A stretch of DNA of 64,000 nt from contig JAVYPJ010000001.1 of the NCBI GenBank assembly GCA_038733315.1, positions 39,863 to 103,862 on the forward strand, given 5' to 3'. The notes beneath the pieces are model-generated. The model was given only the letters and a program-made list of their open reading frames with translations. It had not been told where the DNA came from and did no database searches. Below, in pieces: positions 1 through 8,792 of this stretch; position 1 is the stretch's first letter; every line of letters starts with the position of its first letter. The position numbers and the translations under genes are program-made. Source of the DNA: Candidatus Aenigmatarchaeota archaeon. Lineage in GTDB: Archaea > Aenigmatarchaeota > Aenigmatarchaeia > CG10238-14 > SpSt-28.

Positions 1-235
1 GGTTGAAAAAATGGCAAAATCTGTTCAAGAGCAAATAATGTCCATTGATGAGAAAGTAAAAGCTGGGTTTGAAGAAAGGGATAAGAGTTTGGTTGAGATT
101 AAGAATGAGGTTGAAAAAATGGCAAAATCTGTTCAAGAGCAAATAATGTCCATTGATGAGAAAGTAAAAGCTGGGTTTGAAGAAAGGGATAAGAGTTTGG
201 TTGAGATTAAGAATGAGGTTGAAAAAATGGCAAAA
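1..235 (+). repeat. Perfect 108-bp tandem repeat (1-108, 109-216, partial 217-235)
   Basis: Unit beginning ggttgaaaaaatggcaaaa restarts at 1, 109 and 217. Confidence 0.95.
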
Positions 236-1105
236 ATAACAGACAATATATTCCAAAAAATTAACGAAACTAATGAAGCTATAGAAGAGAACGATGAAAG
301 ATTGGAAAAAATTCAAAGAATTTTTTATGACTATGATAAAGCATTAAAAAACTTCTATTCAAAAATTGAAATTCTCAATAAAGAAATAGAAGAGAATAAA
401 AAATTGCTTGAAGATGTTAAAAAAATGGAAGCCGAGATAGAAGTCCTAAAGCAAAATATTTCTGATATTTCAACGAATCTTAACAGTAACTCTTTAAACG
501 ATAGAATTAATAAAATTGAAGACTTCATTACTAAATTAAAAGATGAAATTTATGAAAAAAATAAAGAAGTTGAAGGCAAACTGCTTTCATTAACCAGCGG
601 TATAGAAGAAAATATAAAAACCTTTGAAAATAAGCTTAATGAGGTAAAATCTCTATTAGAATCGCAAATAAACGAAGTAAAAAACTATCTGGAAGAAGAA
701 AAAAATAAAAATATAGAAAATTTGCAGCTTCTTACTTCTATAATAAGTAATGTTAAGGATATGATAAATAGTGAAAAAATGGAAAGAGAAAAATTAGTAA
801 AAACCTTAGAAGAAAAAATAGAGAATGTTAGTCTAAGCTTCTCTTCAGCTCTAAATGAATTATTAAACGAATTGAAAGATATTAAAAGAAATCAGATAGA
901 GAATGTGCTAAAGGAAATAGTTGAAAATCTTAGTAATGAGGTAAAGGTTCTTAAAGAGAAAGTTGAAAACCAAGAAAAAGTGATAAAGGATTTGGAAGAA
1001 AAATTAAAAGAAGTTTCTAAGGAAGTTCCAAAAGAGTTTGAAGAATTAAAAGATATTATGAAATCTCTAAAGGATATCGAAAAAGAAGTTAAAATTATCG
1101 AATAA
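11..1105 (+). CDS. Long coiled-coil protein with 36-aa N-terminal tandem repeats; probably truncated by the window start
   Basis: E/K/I/L heptad-rich throughout; MAKSVQEQIMSIDEKVKAGFEERDKSLVEIKNEVEK occurs twice exactly; frame is open to the window edge. Confidence 0.75.
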   Translation: MAKSVQEQIMSIDEKVKAGFEERDKSLVEIKNEVEKMAKSVQEQIMSIDEKVKAGFEERDKSLVEIKNEVEKMAKITDNIFQKINETNEAIEENDERLEKIQRIFYDYDKALKNFYSKIEILNKEIEENKKLLEDVKKMEAEIEVLKQNISDISTNLNSNSLNDRINKIEDFITKLKDEIYEKNKEVEGKLLSLTSGIEENIKTFENKLNEVKSLLESQINEVKNYLEEEKNKNIENLQLLTSIISNVKDMINSEKMEREKLVKTLEEKIENVSLSFSSALNELLNELKDIKRNQIENVLKEIVENLSNEVKVLKEKVENQEKVIKDLEEKLKEVSKEVPKEFEELKDIMKSLKDIEKEVKIIE

Positions 1106-1106
1106 A

Positions 1107-1490
1107 CTAACTAGGTAAAAAATAATATTTTTTCTTTCCATCTCTTGTGCTTCTAACTTCTCCGCTCTCCTCCAACTCAACCAAATATTCTGAGCATCTA
1201 GTTCTAGATAGATTTAATAAATTTGCTAAATCTTGAGCAGTTAGTTTTCCATGTTTTTTTAATAAAATTTTTATTAAATCTTTTGTTTTTCTAGTTAGTG
1301 GAGTTCCGACATCCTCTATTTTCATATTTCTTTTTATTATAGAAATTTCCGCCTCTAAATCCTTAATCTTAGCTTCTAATTCTAGAATTTTGTCATAAAG
1401 TTTAGTTAAAAAATTGTATATGTTATCTAATTTTTGATTAATTATCCCTGCTATTAATTGGTTTTCGTCTTTTTTCTGTCTTAAAATCAT
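1107..1490 (-). CDS. Winged-HTH transcriptional regulator with N-terminal coiled coil
   Basis: LTAQDLANLLNLSRTRCSEYLVELEESGEVRSTRDGKKKYY is an ArsR/TrmB-like wHTH pattern. Confidence 0.8.
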   Translation of the reverse strand: MILRQKKDENQLIAGIINQKLDNIYNFLTKLYDKILELEAKIKDLEAEISIIKRNMKIEDVGTPLTRKTKDLIKILLKKHGKLTAQDLANLLNLSRTRCSEYLVELEESGEVRSTRDGKKKYYFLPS

Positions 1491-1509
1491 AAATAATTAT
1501 AGCCTTGAA

Positions 1510-1692
1510 CTATTTTATTTTCTTTAGCATTGGTATACCATTTCTTGCCTCTATAACTATATATCCTGGAGGTATTGCCTCTAAGGCATCTATAGGATCC
1601 CTACTAAAATAAAAAATTAGGTTTTTTCCTCTACCTATTTTCATATGTAAATACCAAATTTCCCCTTTTTTATTCTTATATGTATATGGCAT
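1510..1692 (-). CDS. Small hypothetical protein (60 aa)
   Basis: ATG start, tightly packed in the minus-strand operon, protein-like sequence (YYF/YFS...P.GY...NG.P.LKK type). Confidence 0.7.
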   Translation of the reverse strand: MPYTYKNKKGEIWYLHMKIGRGKNLIFYFSRDPIDALEAIPPGYIVIEARNGIPMLKKIK

Positions 1693-1694
1693 GA

Positions 1695-3815
1695 TTAGCT
1701 AAACTTTCTTTTTATAAAAGTTTTACCTATAACTTTTTCGTTATTTTTCCTTTTTCTTGAAATGAATATAGATGATGTTATTATAATGATAGATATTAAA
1801 ATAGATATGTAAGTATTGTTATCTAATATTAATACAAAATTTCCTGTTAGATAGTTATTTGATTTTAACTCTTTTTGATTACTTATATAAAAAACAGGTA
1901 TATCAAAAGAAAATTCACTAACATTGTTTTTTAGTTTTAACTTTATAATTTCTGGATTAGATTTTCTAGTAAAATTAAAAAGTTTTATTTTTATAGATTC
2001 TCCAACCATAATTCTATCGATTTTTCTTGTATCTACTTCGCAACCTTCAGAAAATAAATATATGTTTCCTAACTCTTTTTGGCCAGAATTTTTTATTTCT
2101 ATAATTTTTTCATTTTCAAAATCAGAAAGTTCTATTGATGTATTTAATAAAGTTAATTCTATCTTTGCTTCTGTAACTATATTAACAGCTTCTCTAAAAT
2201 TTACAAAAAAATCGCTTTCTGAAAAAAGTAATAAAGTATAATTCCCTTCGATAGATGGCGAAGATAAAATTAATTCAAACCTACCATTTTGAGTTTGCAC
2301 ATTATAAACCTTTCCATTAAATGAAGCCTTAAAATCTATATCTTGAGGTTTACCTATACTATCTATAACTATTCCTTTTAATAGTATTTGCTCATTTAAA
2401 TAATATTTTGGTTTATTAAGTGAATATTGAATTTTTAAGCTTAATTTTTCAAAAATTCCAAAGTAACTTTTATCAAATATTTCAAATTCTATATAATTTG
2501 CTATTGTATTTTTAGTAAATAATCCAACTTCAAATTTTTTACAAGATTTATCTTTTAAAGAAATTTCTTTACAAAAAATTGGATAAACCATTTCTTCGGA
2601 ATCAATTTTTCTTTCATCGTAATATATCCTTGCAATTATTTTTTCAAATTCTAAATCTGTTTCGAAAACAAAAAAATCTAAAATTTTTAAATTTTTTTCA
2701 TTAAGATTTATAGGATAAAATCTTATTGAGTTATCAAAATCTTTTAAATTAACGTTAATCATTCTTATTTCTGCGTTTTTATATTTTATAGTTATATTTC
2801 TTTTTCCGGGTAAAAATAAAAATGTTTGATTTCCAGATAAAGAATATTGAAGATCATCTATTTTTAGTGTTAAAGTTATTGGATTATTATCATAGTCAAA
2901 GAAGTTACAAATTCCAAGCTTTCCTATATTTACTGTTTTTTTAACATCTACCCAATGTACATCATATCTTACTCTAAATTTTATTGTTGAAGCCTCTGCA
3001 GGCAAAGTTATATTAATACATATTCTATTATTACAATCAAAAAAGTTGTTTAACTTAGCATTTTCAACTTCAATACTTATGTTATTTGCGCTCAATTTAT
3101 TTCCCTTAAATGAAACATCCATAGCAGCAATTACAGAACTTTCTGGATAATAAATTTTATCTTCTAAATCTACATTAGCTTGAAGAGGATTATTAACAAC
3201 TAAATTTAAATCCTTAGAAAAAGTTCTAGAAAAATTTCTTAGAAAAACTGAAATCGTTTCTATTTTGTTTATCTCTTTCGATGGAACAAACTTCAAATAA
3301 TAATAGTATCCAATTCTATCTAATTTAAAATTATCTGTAAAAGAGAATTTTATATCAAATTCTGAAGGATCCATAACTCTCGGCTTATTATTCCAACTCT
3401 CTTTTAAATTAAGAATAAACTTTATTGAAGTCTCTTCATTTAAATAATTATTTGAAATTTCCAGTATATCAAAATTTAGTACATGCAAACTTATTCTTAT
3501 GGTTTTTGATATATTAATATTTTGAATTTCATTAAAACAAATAGCTGTTACATTAAAATCTTGAGATAAATAATCTTCATATTTTAATGTTAATTGATTC
3601 TTAGGATTTATAAAAATCCTTTGCAAACCATTATCTATAGATATTACTATTTTATCTAAAATATAATCAGTAGGACAACTAACACTTATGTTAATATTAT
3701 CACCTAAAAAAGCATCGGTAGGAAAAAAATCTATGTTTATAGATTCTTGAGAAAAAGTAAGCAACAAAAATAAAATTGAGATTAAAAAACTTTTTGTTAT
3801 ATAAAACTTAGCCAT
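1695..3815 (-). CDS. Secreted, C-terminally anchored multi-Ig surface protein with a possible PGF-pre-PGF-like domain
   Basis: N-terminal signal peptide, beta-rich body with many N-x-S/T sequons, C-terminal TM helix followed by RKRK. Confidence 0.7.
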   Translation of the reverse strand: MAKFYITKSFLISILFLLLTFSQESINIDFFPTDAFLGDNINISVSCPTDYILDKIVISIDNGLQRIFINPKNQLTLKYEDYLSQDFNVTAICFNEIQNINISKTIRISLHVLNFDILEISNNYLNEETSIKFILNLKESWNNKPRVMDPSEFDIKFSFTDNFKLDRIGYYYYLKFVPSKEINKIETISVFLRNFSRTFSKDLNLVVNNPLQANVDLEDKIYYPESSVIAAMDVSFKGNKLSANNISIEVENAKLNNFFDCNNRICINITLPAEASTIKFRVRYDVHWVDVKKTVNIGKLGICNFFDYDNNPITLTLKIDDLQYSLSGNQTFLFLPGKRNITIKYKNAEIRMINVNLKDFDNSIRFYPINLNEKNLKILDFFVFETDLEFEKIIARIYYDERKIDSEEMVYPIFCKEISLKDKSCKKFEVGLFTKNTIANYIEFEIFDKSYFGIFEKLSLKIQYSLNKPKYYLNEQILLKGIVIDSIGKPQDIDFKASFNGKVYNVQTQNGRFELILSSPSIEGNYTLLLFSESDFFVNFREAVNIVTEAKIELTLLNTSIELSDFENEKIIEIKNSGQKELGNIYLFSEGCEVDTRKIDRIMVGESIKIKLFNFTRKSNPEIIKLKLKNNVSEFSFDIPVFYISNQKELKSNNYLTGNFVLILDNNTYISILISIIIITSSIFISRKRKNNEKVIGKTFIKRKFS

Positions 3816-4522
3816 TTTTTTAGAAATAAGAAGCTTGGTTTTTTATAAGGAATACCTAAAAAATTGCTAGCTAAACTTTTAATTTCTATTGTAAATGAAG
3901 AATAAGGATTATAAAACACATAAGGTATTCCTTTGTTTAAACTCTCTTTTATTTTTGTATCTTCTGGTAAAACAGCTAAAACAGGTATTCCTGAAATATC
4001 AAAAATTTCGTTTGGACTAATTGATTTTTTTGTATATCTATTAACTATTATTCCAGTAATTTTTATATTTTCCTTCTCAAACTCTTTTACTATTCTCATT
4101 AGGGCATATATAGAAGTTGTTTCTGGTAAAGTTAGTAAAAATATTTCGTCACATATTTTCGCTATTTCCAAATTTTTTTCAGATATTCCTGGTTCTGTAT
4201 CTATAACTAAAAAATCAAAACTCCCTTCTAAATCATTTAATATGTTTATGTTCTTATAGTTTAGATTAGAATCTCCGGTTGGTAAAACTCTTAACCCAAA
4301 AGGAGTTAAATATATTGCATTATTTATTGGTATTTCAAAATTTAAAGCTCGCGAAAGATTTAAATTATAGTTTATTAGACCTAAGGAAATAGATAAAGAA
4401 TTGTTAAGATCAGTATCTATTAATAATGGGTTTTTTTCGAAACATAATAAAGAGCCTGCAAAATTTATTGCAAATGTTGTTTTTCCTACACCACCCTTAG
4501 CTGAAAAAATTCCTATTCTCAT
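3797..4522 (-). CDS. minD: MinD/ParA-family ATPase
   Basis: Deviant Walker A AKGGVGKTT, LLIDTD, VIDTEPG, GIIVNR, and amphipathic C-terminus FLFLKKWLSFI. Confidence 0.85.
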   Translation of the reverse strand: MRIGIFSAKGGVGKTTFAINFAGSLLCFEKNPLLIDTDLNNSLSISLGLINYNLNLSRALNFEIPINNAIYLTPFGLRVLPTGDSNLNYKNINILNDLEGSFDFLVIDTEPGISEKNLEIAKICDEIFLLTLPETTSIYALMRIVKEFEKENIKITGIIVNRYTKKSISPNEIFDISGIPVLAVLPEDTKIKESLNKGIPYVFYNPYSSFTIEIKSLASNFLGIPYKKPSFLFLKKWLSFI

Positions 4523-4550
4523 AAAAAAATAAAATTAAGGAAAAATATTA

Positions 4551-5468
4551 TTATACTGAAGCCACTACAAAGAGCTTTCCGCTTACTGTGCCCATTGGAA
4601 CTCCATATGGAATTCTTACTTGAACTCTAAAATTCACAAACTCTGCTGGATTTAACTGAGTTGATCTTAAATAATTTGTCGGAAGATTTACTTTATTGGT
4701 AACGTTATAATCCCAATATCCAAAATATGCTTCAGTTCCATCGGAATTTATGACAAAATATCCTTCCAACATATTATTATTTCCTATTGTATGAGCTGCA
4801 TAACCATATTCGTTAACTGCTGTTAAATCTTTTTCGTCATATTGGCTTGCGTCGGAAAAGCTTAAAATACCTGAAGAAGTTGCTGTTTTTGGAGATTTAG
4901 CAAATCTTACTTTAACATCTGATGTATTGAATTTTTTATTACTATCAGAAATTGCTAGAATAAACCAATCCTCTCCTTCATTTGTCACAACTTTTGCTGT
5001 TCTAAATAAGAAAAGTTTACATTTTGTGGAATCAAAATTATTGTTGTTCATACATTCTGCTGGAAATGTCATGTATTTTGGTGGGTTATCTATTGAGAAT
5101 AATCTCTGAGCTACATATTTAATATTTGATGATTCGTCCTCTACCAAAACGAATTCTCCACTTTTATGTAAGTTTGGATTATTGCTTCCCCATGGGTTTT
5201 GTGATGGCAACTCAACACTGATTTTTATGTTACTTATTGGTACGCTACCTAAGTTATAAATTGTTATGTAAGCGGAATTTGGATTTGCTATATCTCCTGG
5301 CATACCAGAAAAACTTATTGCATCTGGAGTTACATCTATTATTACGGCTTGCTGTACTGTAACATCTACAATTACCTCGCTGGGATAGTCTTCAGAAAAA
5401 GAAACATAAAAACCTATTACTATAAAAGCTACTATTATTGCTAGTATTACATTACTTTTTTCTTTCAT
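4551..5468 (-). CDS. Secreted beta-sandwich protein; candidate fibre subunit (WxL/TasA/Csu-like fold)
   Basis: Signal peptide, then EVIVDVTV strand, DVTPDAISF, ITIYNLGS, and C-terminal VRIPYGVPMGTVSGKLFVVA; no TM anchor. Confidence 0.6.
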   Translation of the reverse strand: MKEKSNVILAIIVAFIVIGFYVSFSEDYPSEVIVDVTVQQAVIIDVTPDAISFSGMPGDIANPNSAYITIYNLGSVPISNIKISVELPSQNPWGSNNPNLHKSGEFVLVEDESSNIKYVAQRLFSIDNPPKYMTFPAECMNNNNFDSTKCKLFLFRTAKVVTNEGEDWFILAISDSNKKFNTSDVKVRFAKSPKTATSSGILSFSDASQYDEKDLTAVNEYGYAAHTIGNNNMLEGYFVINSDGTEAYFGYWDYNVTNKVNLPTNYLRSTQLNPAEFVNFRVQVRIPYGVPMGTVSGKLFVVASV

Positions 5469-5548
5469 AATAAATATTAATGTTAAAAATTGATATATAT
5501 ACTTTTCGCTTGCCCTTCCTATAAATTTTGATAATTTTGAAATTTATT

Positions 5549-6400
5549 ATGAAGTCTTATATAGCTATACTATTGACTCTATTTTTTGCCATTTTTTATA
5601 TTTCTTTCTCTCAAGTTGGTATAATGTTGTCGAGTGGAAACATAACATTAACAAATTATGAAACTTTTAGTAGCTTGAGAATCTATGGAAGTAATAAAAG
5701 TTATATTGAAATAACACATAGAGAGGCCAATATACTTGATGTCTTATCAAACTTTAAAGGAATTATACAAAATTTCTCTGAACAAAAAGATTGCATTAAA
5801 ATAGAGTTATATAATAATTTTGTTAAAATAGAAAGTGCAAACGATAAAATTTCGTTTATAGATATTCCGTTTGTTATAAAAAAATGTAAAGAAGCAGAAC
5901 CTGGATATAGAATTTTTTATATAAGTGCTAGAGAAATAAAAGATATAAAAGGAGAAAGAGATTATTCTGTAGCGATAATACCATCTGTAGAAATACCTAT
6001 ATTAATGTTAGTCGAGGGTAATGCAATAAGAAAGATTAGTATATTAGATTTGAATGTGATATATGAAGAAAAACCAAAAATAAGCGTATTGGTTAGAAAT
6101 GACGGAACTGTAACTACTTCATTTAAAACTACTCTTAATATCTCTAATTATTCTTTTAGCTCGTTTGGTATATTAAAACCAAAAGAGGTTTCTATTATAA
6201 AATTTCCAATAAGTCTTGTTGGAAAATATAATGTTACTGCTAAAGTCGATTATTACAGCGACTTTTCCTTAGAAGAAAAGGAATTAGAAATTAAAGAGTT
6301 TCATATTAGTTTTGAAGAAATTTTTGTTAATATTTTGCCATATGTAATAGTTATTGCATCTGTTATAATTGCTATTATTTTAGTTTTGAAAAGGGTATGA
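5549..6400 (+). CDS. Membrane-anchored two-Ig-domain protein (DUF916/DUF3324-like, PapD-chaperone-like architecture)
   Basis: Signal peptide; AEPGYRIFYI...VAIIPSVEIPIL; VRNDGTV...GILKPKE...GKYNVTAKVDY; C-terminal TM plus KRV. ATG at 5549 preferred over TTG at 5528. Confidence 0.6.
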   Translation: MKSYIAILLTLFFAIFYISFSQVGIMLSSGNITLTNYETFSSLRIYGSNKSYIEITHREANILDVLSNFKGIIQNFSEQKDCIKIELYNNFVKIESANDKISFIDIPFVIKKCKEAEPGYRIFYISAREIKDIKGERDYSVAIIPSVEIPILMLVEGNAIRKISILDLNVIYEEKPKISVLVRNDGTVTTSFKTTLNISNYSFSSFGILKPKEVSIIKFPISLVGKYNVTAKVDYYSDFSLEEKELEIKEFHISFEEIFVNILPYVIVIASVIIAIILVLKRV

Positions 6401-6915
6401 AAAAAATTATTTTAGCAATAATAATCCCTTTTATTGTTTTGTTTTTCTCTATCTTTTTAACAAATCTTAAAATTAGTAGATTTACTTCAGAAAAAGAGTA
6501 TGAAATAATAGATTCCCTAATGTATATTTTGGAAATAAAAAAAATAAAAACAAATGTGACATATATTGAAAAAACAAATGAGAGTTATTTTTTAGGGATT
6601 GAAGTACATAAAGATAATTTACTTACCTTTGGAATTATTCCTATAAACTCTCCTATAGAAAGGGTTAGAAGAATTATTACTTTAAATAATTTAGAGAATT
6701 CCGTAGTTGGGGTAAAAATTTTCTGCGATGGAAATATTTGCGACTTTATAAATATTTCAAAACCTTATTTTATTTTAAAACCAAAAGAAAATAGAGAAAT
6801 AGAAATAGCTGTCGAAAACAAAAATATTACTGGATATTATGAGGGATACATATATATTAACGTTTTAAAGCCAAAAAACAAAATATGGGAAGTTATTTTA
6901 TACTTGTTGTATTAA
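6397..6915 (+). CDS. N-terminally anchored single Ig-like domain protein
   Basis: N-terminal TM; LTFGIIP...ITLNN...LKPKE...GYYEGYIYI; ATGA overlap with the upstream gene. Confidence 0.65.
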   Translation: MKKIILAIIIPFIVLFFSIFLTNLKISRFTSEKEYEIIDSLMYILEIKKIKTNVTYIEKTNESYFLGIEVHKDNLLTFGIIPINSPIERVRRIITLNNLENSVVGVKIFCDGNICDFINISKPYFILKPKENREIEIAVENKNITGYYEGYIYINVLKPKNKIWEVILYLLY

Positions 6916-7553
6916 TAAGTCTATTTTTTCTAAGTTTAGCTTTATCTCAAAAAATAGTGGTTAATGTTTTAGAAAGCTTAAATTTTTCGATAGTTAACTA
7001 TACTAAGTTAGAAAATAAAAATTTTTTTGGTTACAATGCATATGTTTATAATACTGGTTCCAAAAGTTTTAAAGCTAAATTATTTTTAGAAAGTGACTGC
7101 TGCAAAATATATTCCGAAGAAAATATATTAAATCCATCTGAAGAAAAGTTTTTTTCAGTATATTATTTGTCGTTAAGGAATGAAAGTATTAACATTTCTT
7201 TAATTGTTGATGATTTAAATATTCATATAGGAAGGTTTTTGTTTAATTTTTCAGAGATTCTAAATGTTACCGAAAAAAATTTAGATTATATATTCGAAAA
7301 TGGTAAATTAAAAATCTTAGGAAATTTAGACAATTATCATTTTTTTATACTAAATCATTCTACAACACAAAAAAAATTAAATAAAAACTATAATGAAATT
7401 GAAATAAAAAATTTTCAATTAGAGAAAATAGATGTTTTGTTTTTTAATGAAACTGAATTCTTTATCAAAAGTTTTGAATTAAAAAATCCAAATATATTTA
7501 AAAAAGTTTTATTTGAAATTAAGAAGATCTTAACTTTAGCCTTTTCAATTTAA
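6885..7553 (+). CDS. Secreted Ig-like protein
   Basis: Signal peptide; VYNTGS...LNPSEEK CARDB-like pattern; overlaps the upstream gene. Confidence 0.6.
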   Translation: MGSYFILVVLISLFFLSLALSQKIVVNVLESLNFSIVNYTKLENKNFFGYNAYVYNTGSKSFKAKLFLESDCCKIYSEENILNPSEEKFFSVYYLSLRNESINISLIVDDLNIHIGRFLFNFSEILNVTEKNLDYIFENGKLKILGNLDNYHFFILNHSTTQKKLNKNYNEIEIKNFQLEKIDVLFFNETEFFIKSFELKNPNIFKKVLFEIKKILTLAFSI

Positions 7554-8730
7554 AGGAGTATAAGCTTCTGTATTTGATATAATCTCTGATTTTTTTGACT
7601 AGTATAAATATTAAAAATACTGTAAATGCTATTAATAAGATGTAAATAATTAAGTTTATTGGTATTGCATAATAAACTTTTCTTTCTGTTATCGGTATTG
7701 TTTCTAAGTAAAGTTTTGAAATTTCTATTATAGTTAAATTAATATACCTTCTTACATTCTCTAATTCTTTTAAACTTTCTTCAAAAAGTTTGAATCTAAA
7801 GAAATTTTTTGAAAATAATAAATGAGAAGACGCATTTTCTAAATAATTTTTTGCTAAATGAATATCTTTTCCTTGAAGTTCTAAATTAGTTATTTCCATG
7901 TTTAAATCCCTTATGAGTTTTTCGTAAAAATCTATTAACTTTTCTAATCTTTCTATAATTTCTGCTTTACTTACGTTTATTTCTATATCGAAACATTTTT
8001 CAATTTCTTTTGAAATTAAACAAAACGTTGCTAAATAATTTTTTGGTGTAATTTCATAACTAACGTTAAGCTCTACTAAAAAAACTGCTGTTTCGTTAAA
8101 AAATAGCTTAGTTATTAATAATGGGTATTTTGTTTTAAGGTTTAGCTCCGAAGAAATATTAAGTTTTAAATCGTTCAATGTATCTCCTTTGTTTATAACT
8201 TTAATAAAAAAGTTTATTACATCTCCTTGAGAAATGTTAATAACTTTTGGATAAAAAATTTCAAGCTCATACTTTTTTGGAGGTAATGTTGGTATTGAAG
8301 TTGCTGAGGGTACTATTTGTAGTGGTTTAGGATGAACTTCGATATAACCTTGGCTTTCTTTATATTTTGTTTGAGAAAAACATTTTATAGAAACGTTATA
8401 AATCCCTTTTGGTAAAGAAACCTTTGTTGAGAATTCTAAATACTGAGATGGTTCTAGAAAATATATGTTTGAAATAATTCTTCTCAAAAAATTATTGTTG
8501 TATATAAGTATTTCAGCATAGTACTCTGAACTAATACTTCCGCAATTCTCACATCTGACAAGCATATCAAAAATTTCGTTTTCATAAACTATCGTTGGAT
8601 AAAAAGCACTAATACAAATTATTTCTTTTTGATTTATTTGAAGTGATAATTGAAAAAATGCTGTATAGGAGAAAAAAAATAAAAGCAGTATTAGAAAAAT
8701 CAAAACTGTAATGTAAAATTTTATTCCCAT
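7519..8730 (-). CDS. Surface protein: two CARDB-like Ig domains, helical stalk, C-terminal TM
   Basis: Signal peptide; CENCGS...PKGIYNV; VINKGD; coiled-coil segment; TM then KKIR. Confidence 0.7.
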   Translation of the reverse strand: MGIKFYITVLIFLILLLFFFSYTAFFQLSLQINQKEIICISAFYPTIVYENEIFDMLVRCENCGSISSEYYAEILIYNNNFLRRIISNIYFLEPSQYLEFSTKVSLPKGIYNVSIKCFSQTKYKESQGYIEVHPKPLQIVPSATSIPTLPPKKYELEIFYPKVINISQGDVINFFIKVINKGDTLNDLKLNISSELNLKTKYPLLITKLFFNETAVFLVELNVSYEITPKNYLATFCLISKEIEKCFDIEINVSKAEIIERLEKLIDFYEKLIRDLNMEITNLELQGKDIHLAKNYLENASSHLLFSKNFFRFKLFEESLKELENVRRYINLTIIEISKLYLETIPITERKVYYAIPINLIIYILLIAFTVFLIFILVKKIRDYIKYRSLYSFKLKRLKLRSS

Positions 8731-8792
8731 TATAAAATATCTCGTTTAAAAAAGAAATAGTTAAATATAATATTAAACAATAATATTTAATA

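Noticed and set aside
1..235. Tandem repeats as a CRISPR array
   Set aside because: The 108-bp units are contiguous, in frame, have no spacers, and no cas genes are present.
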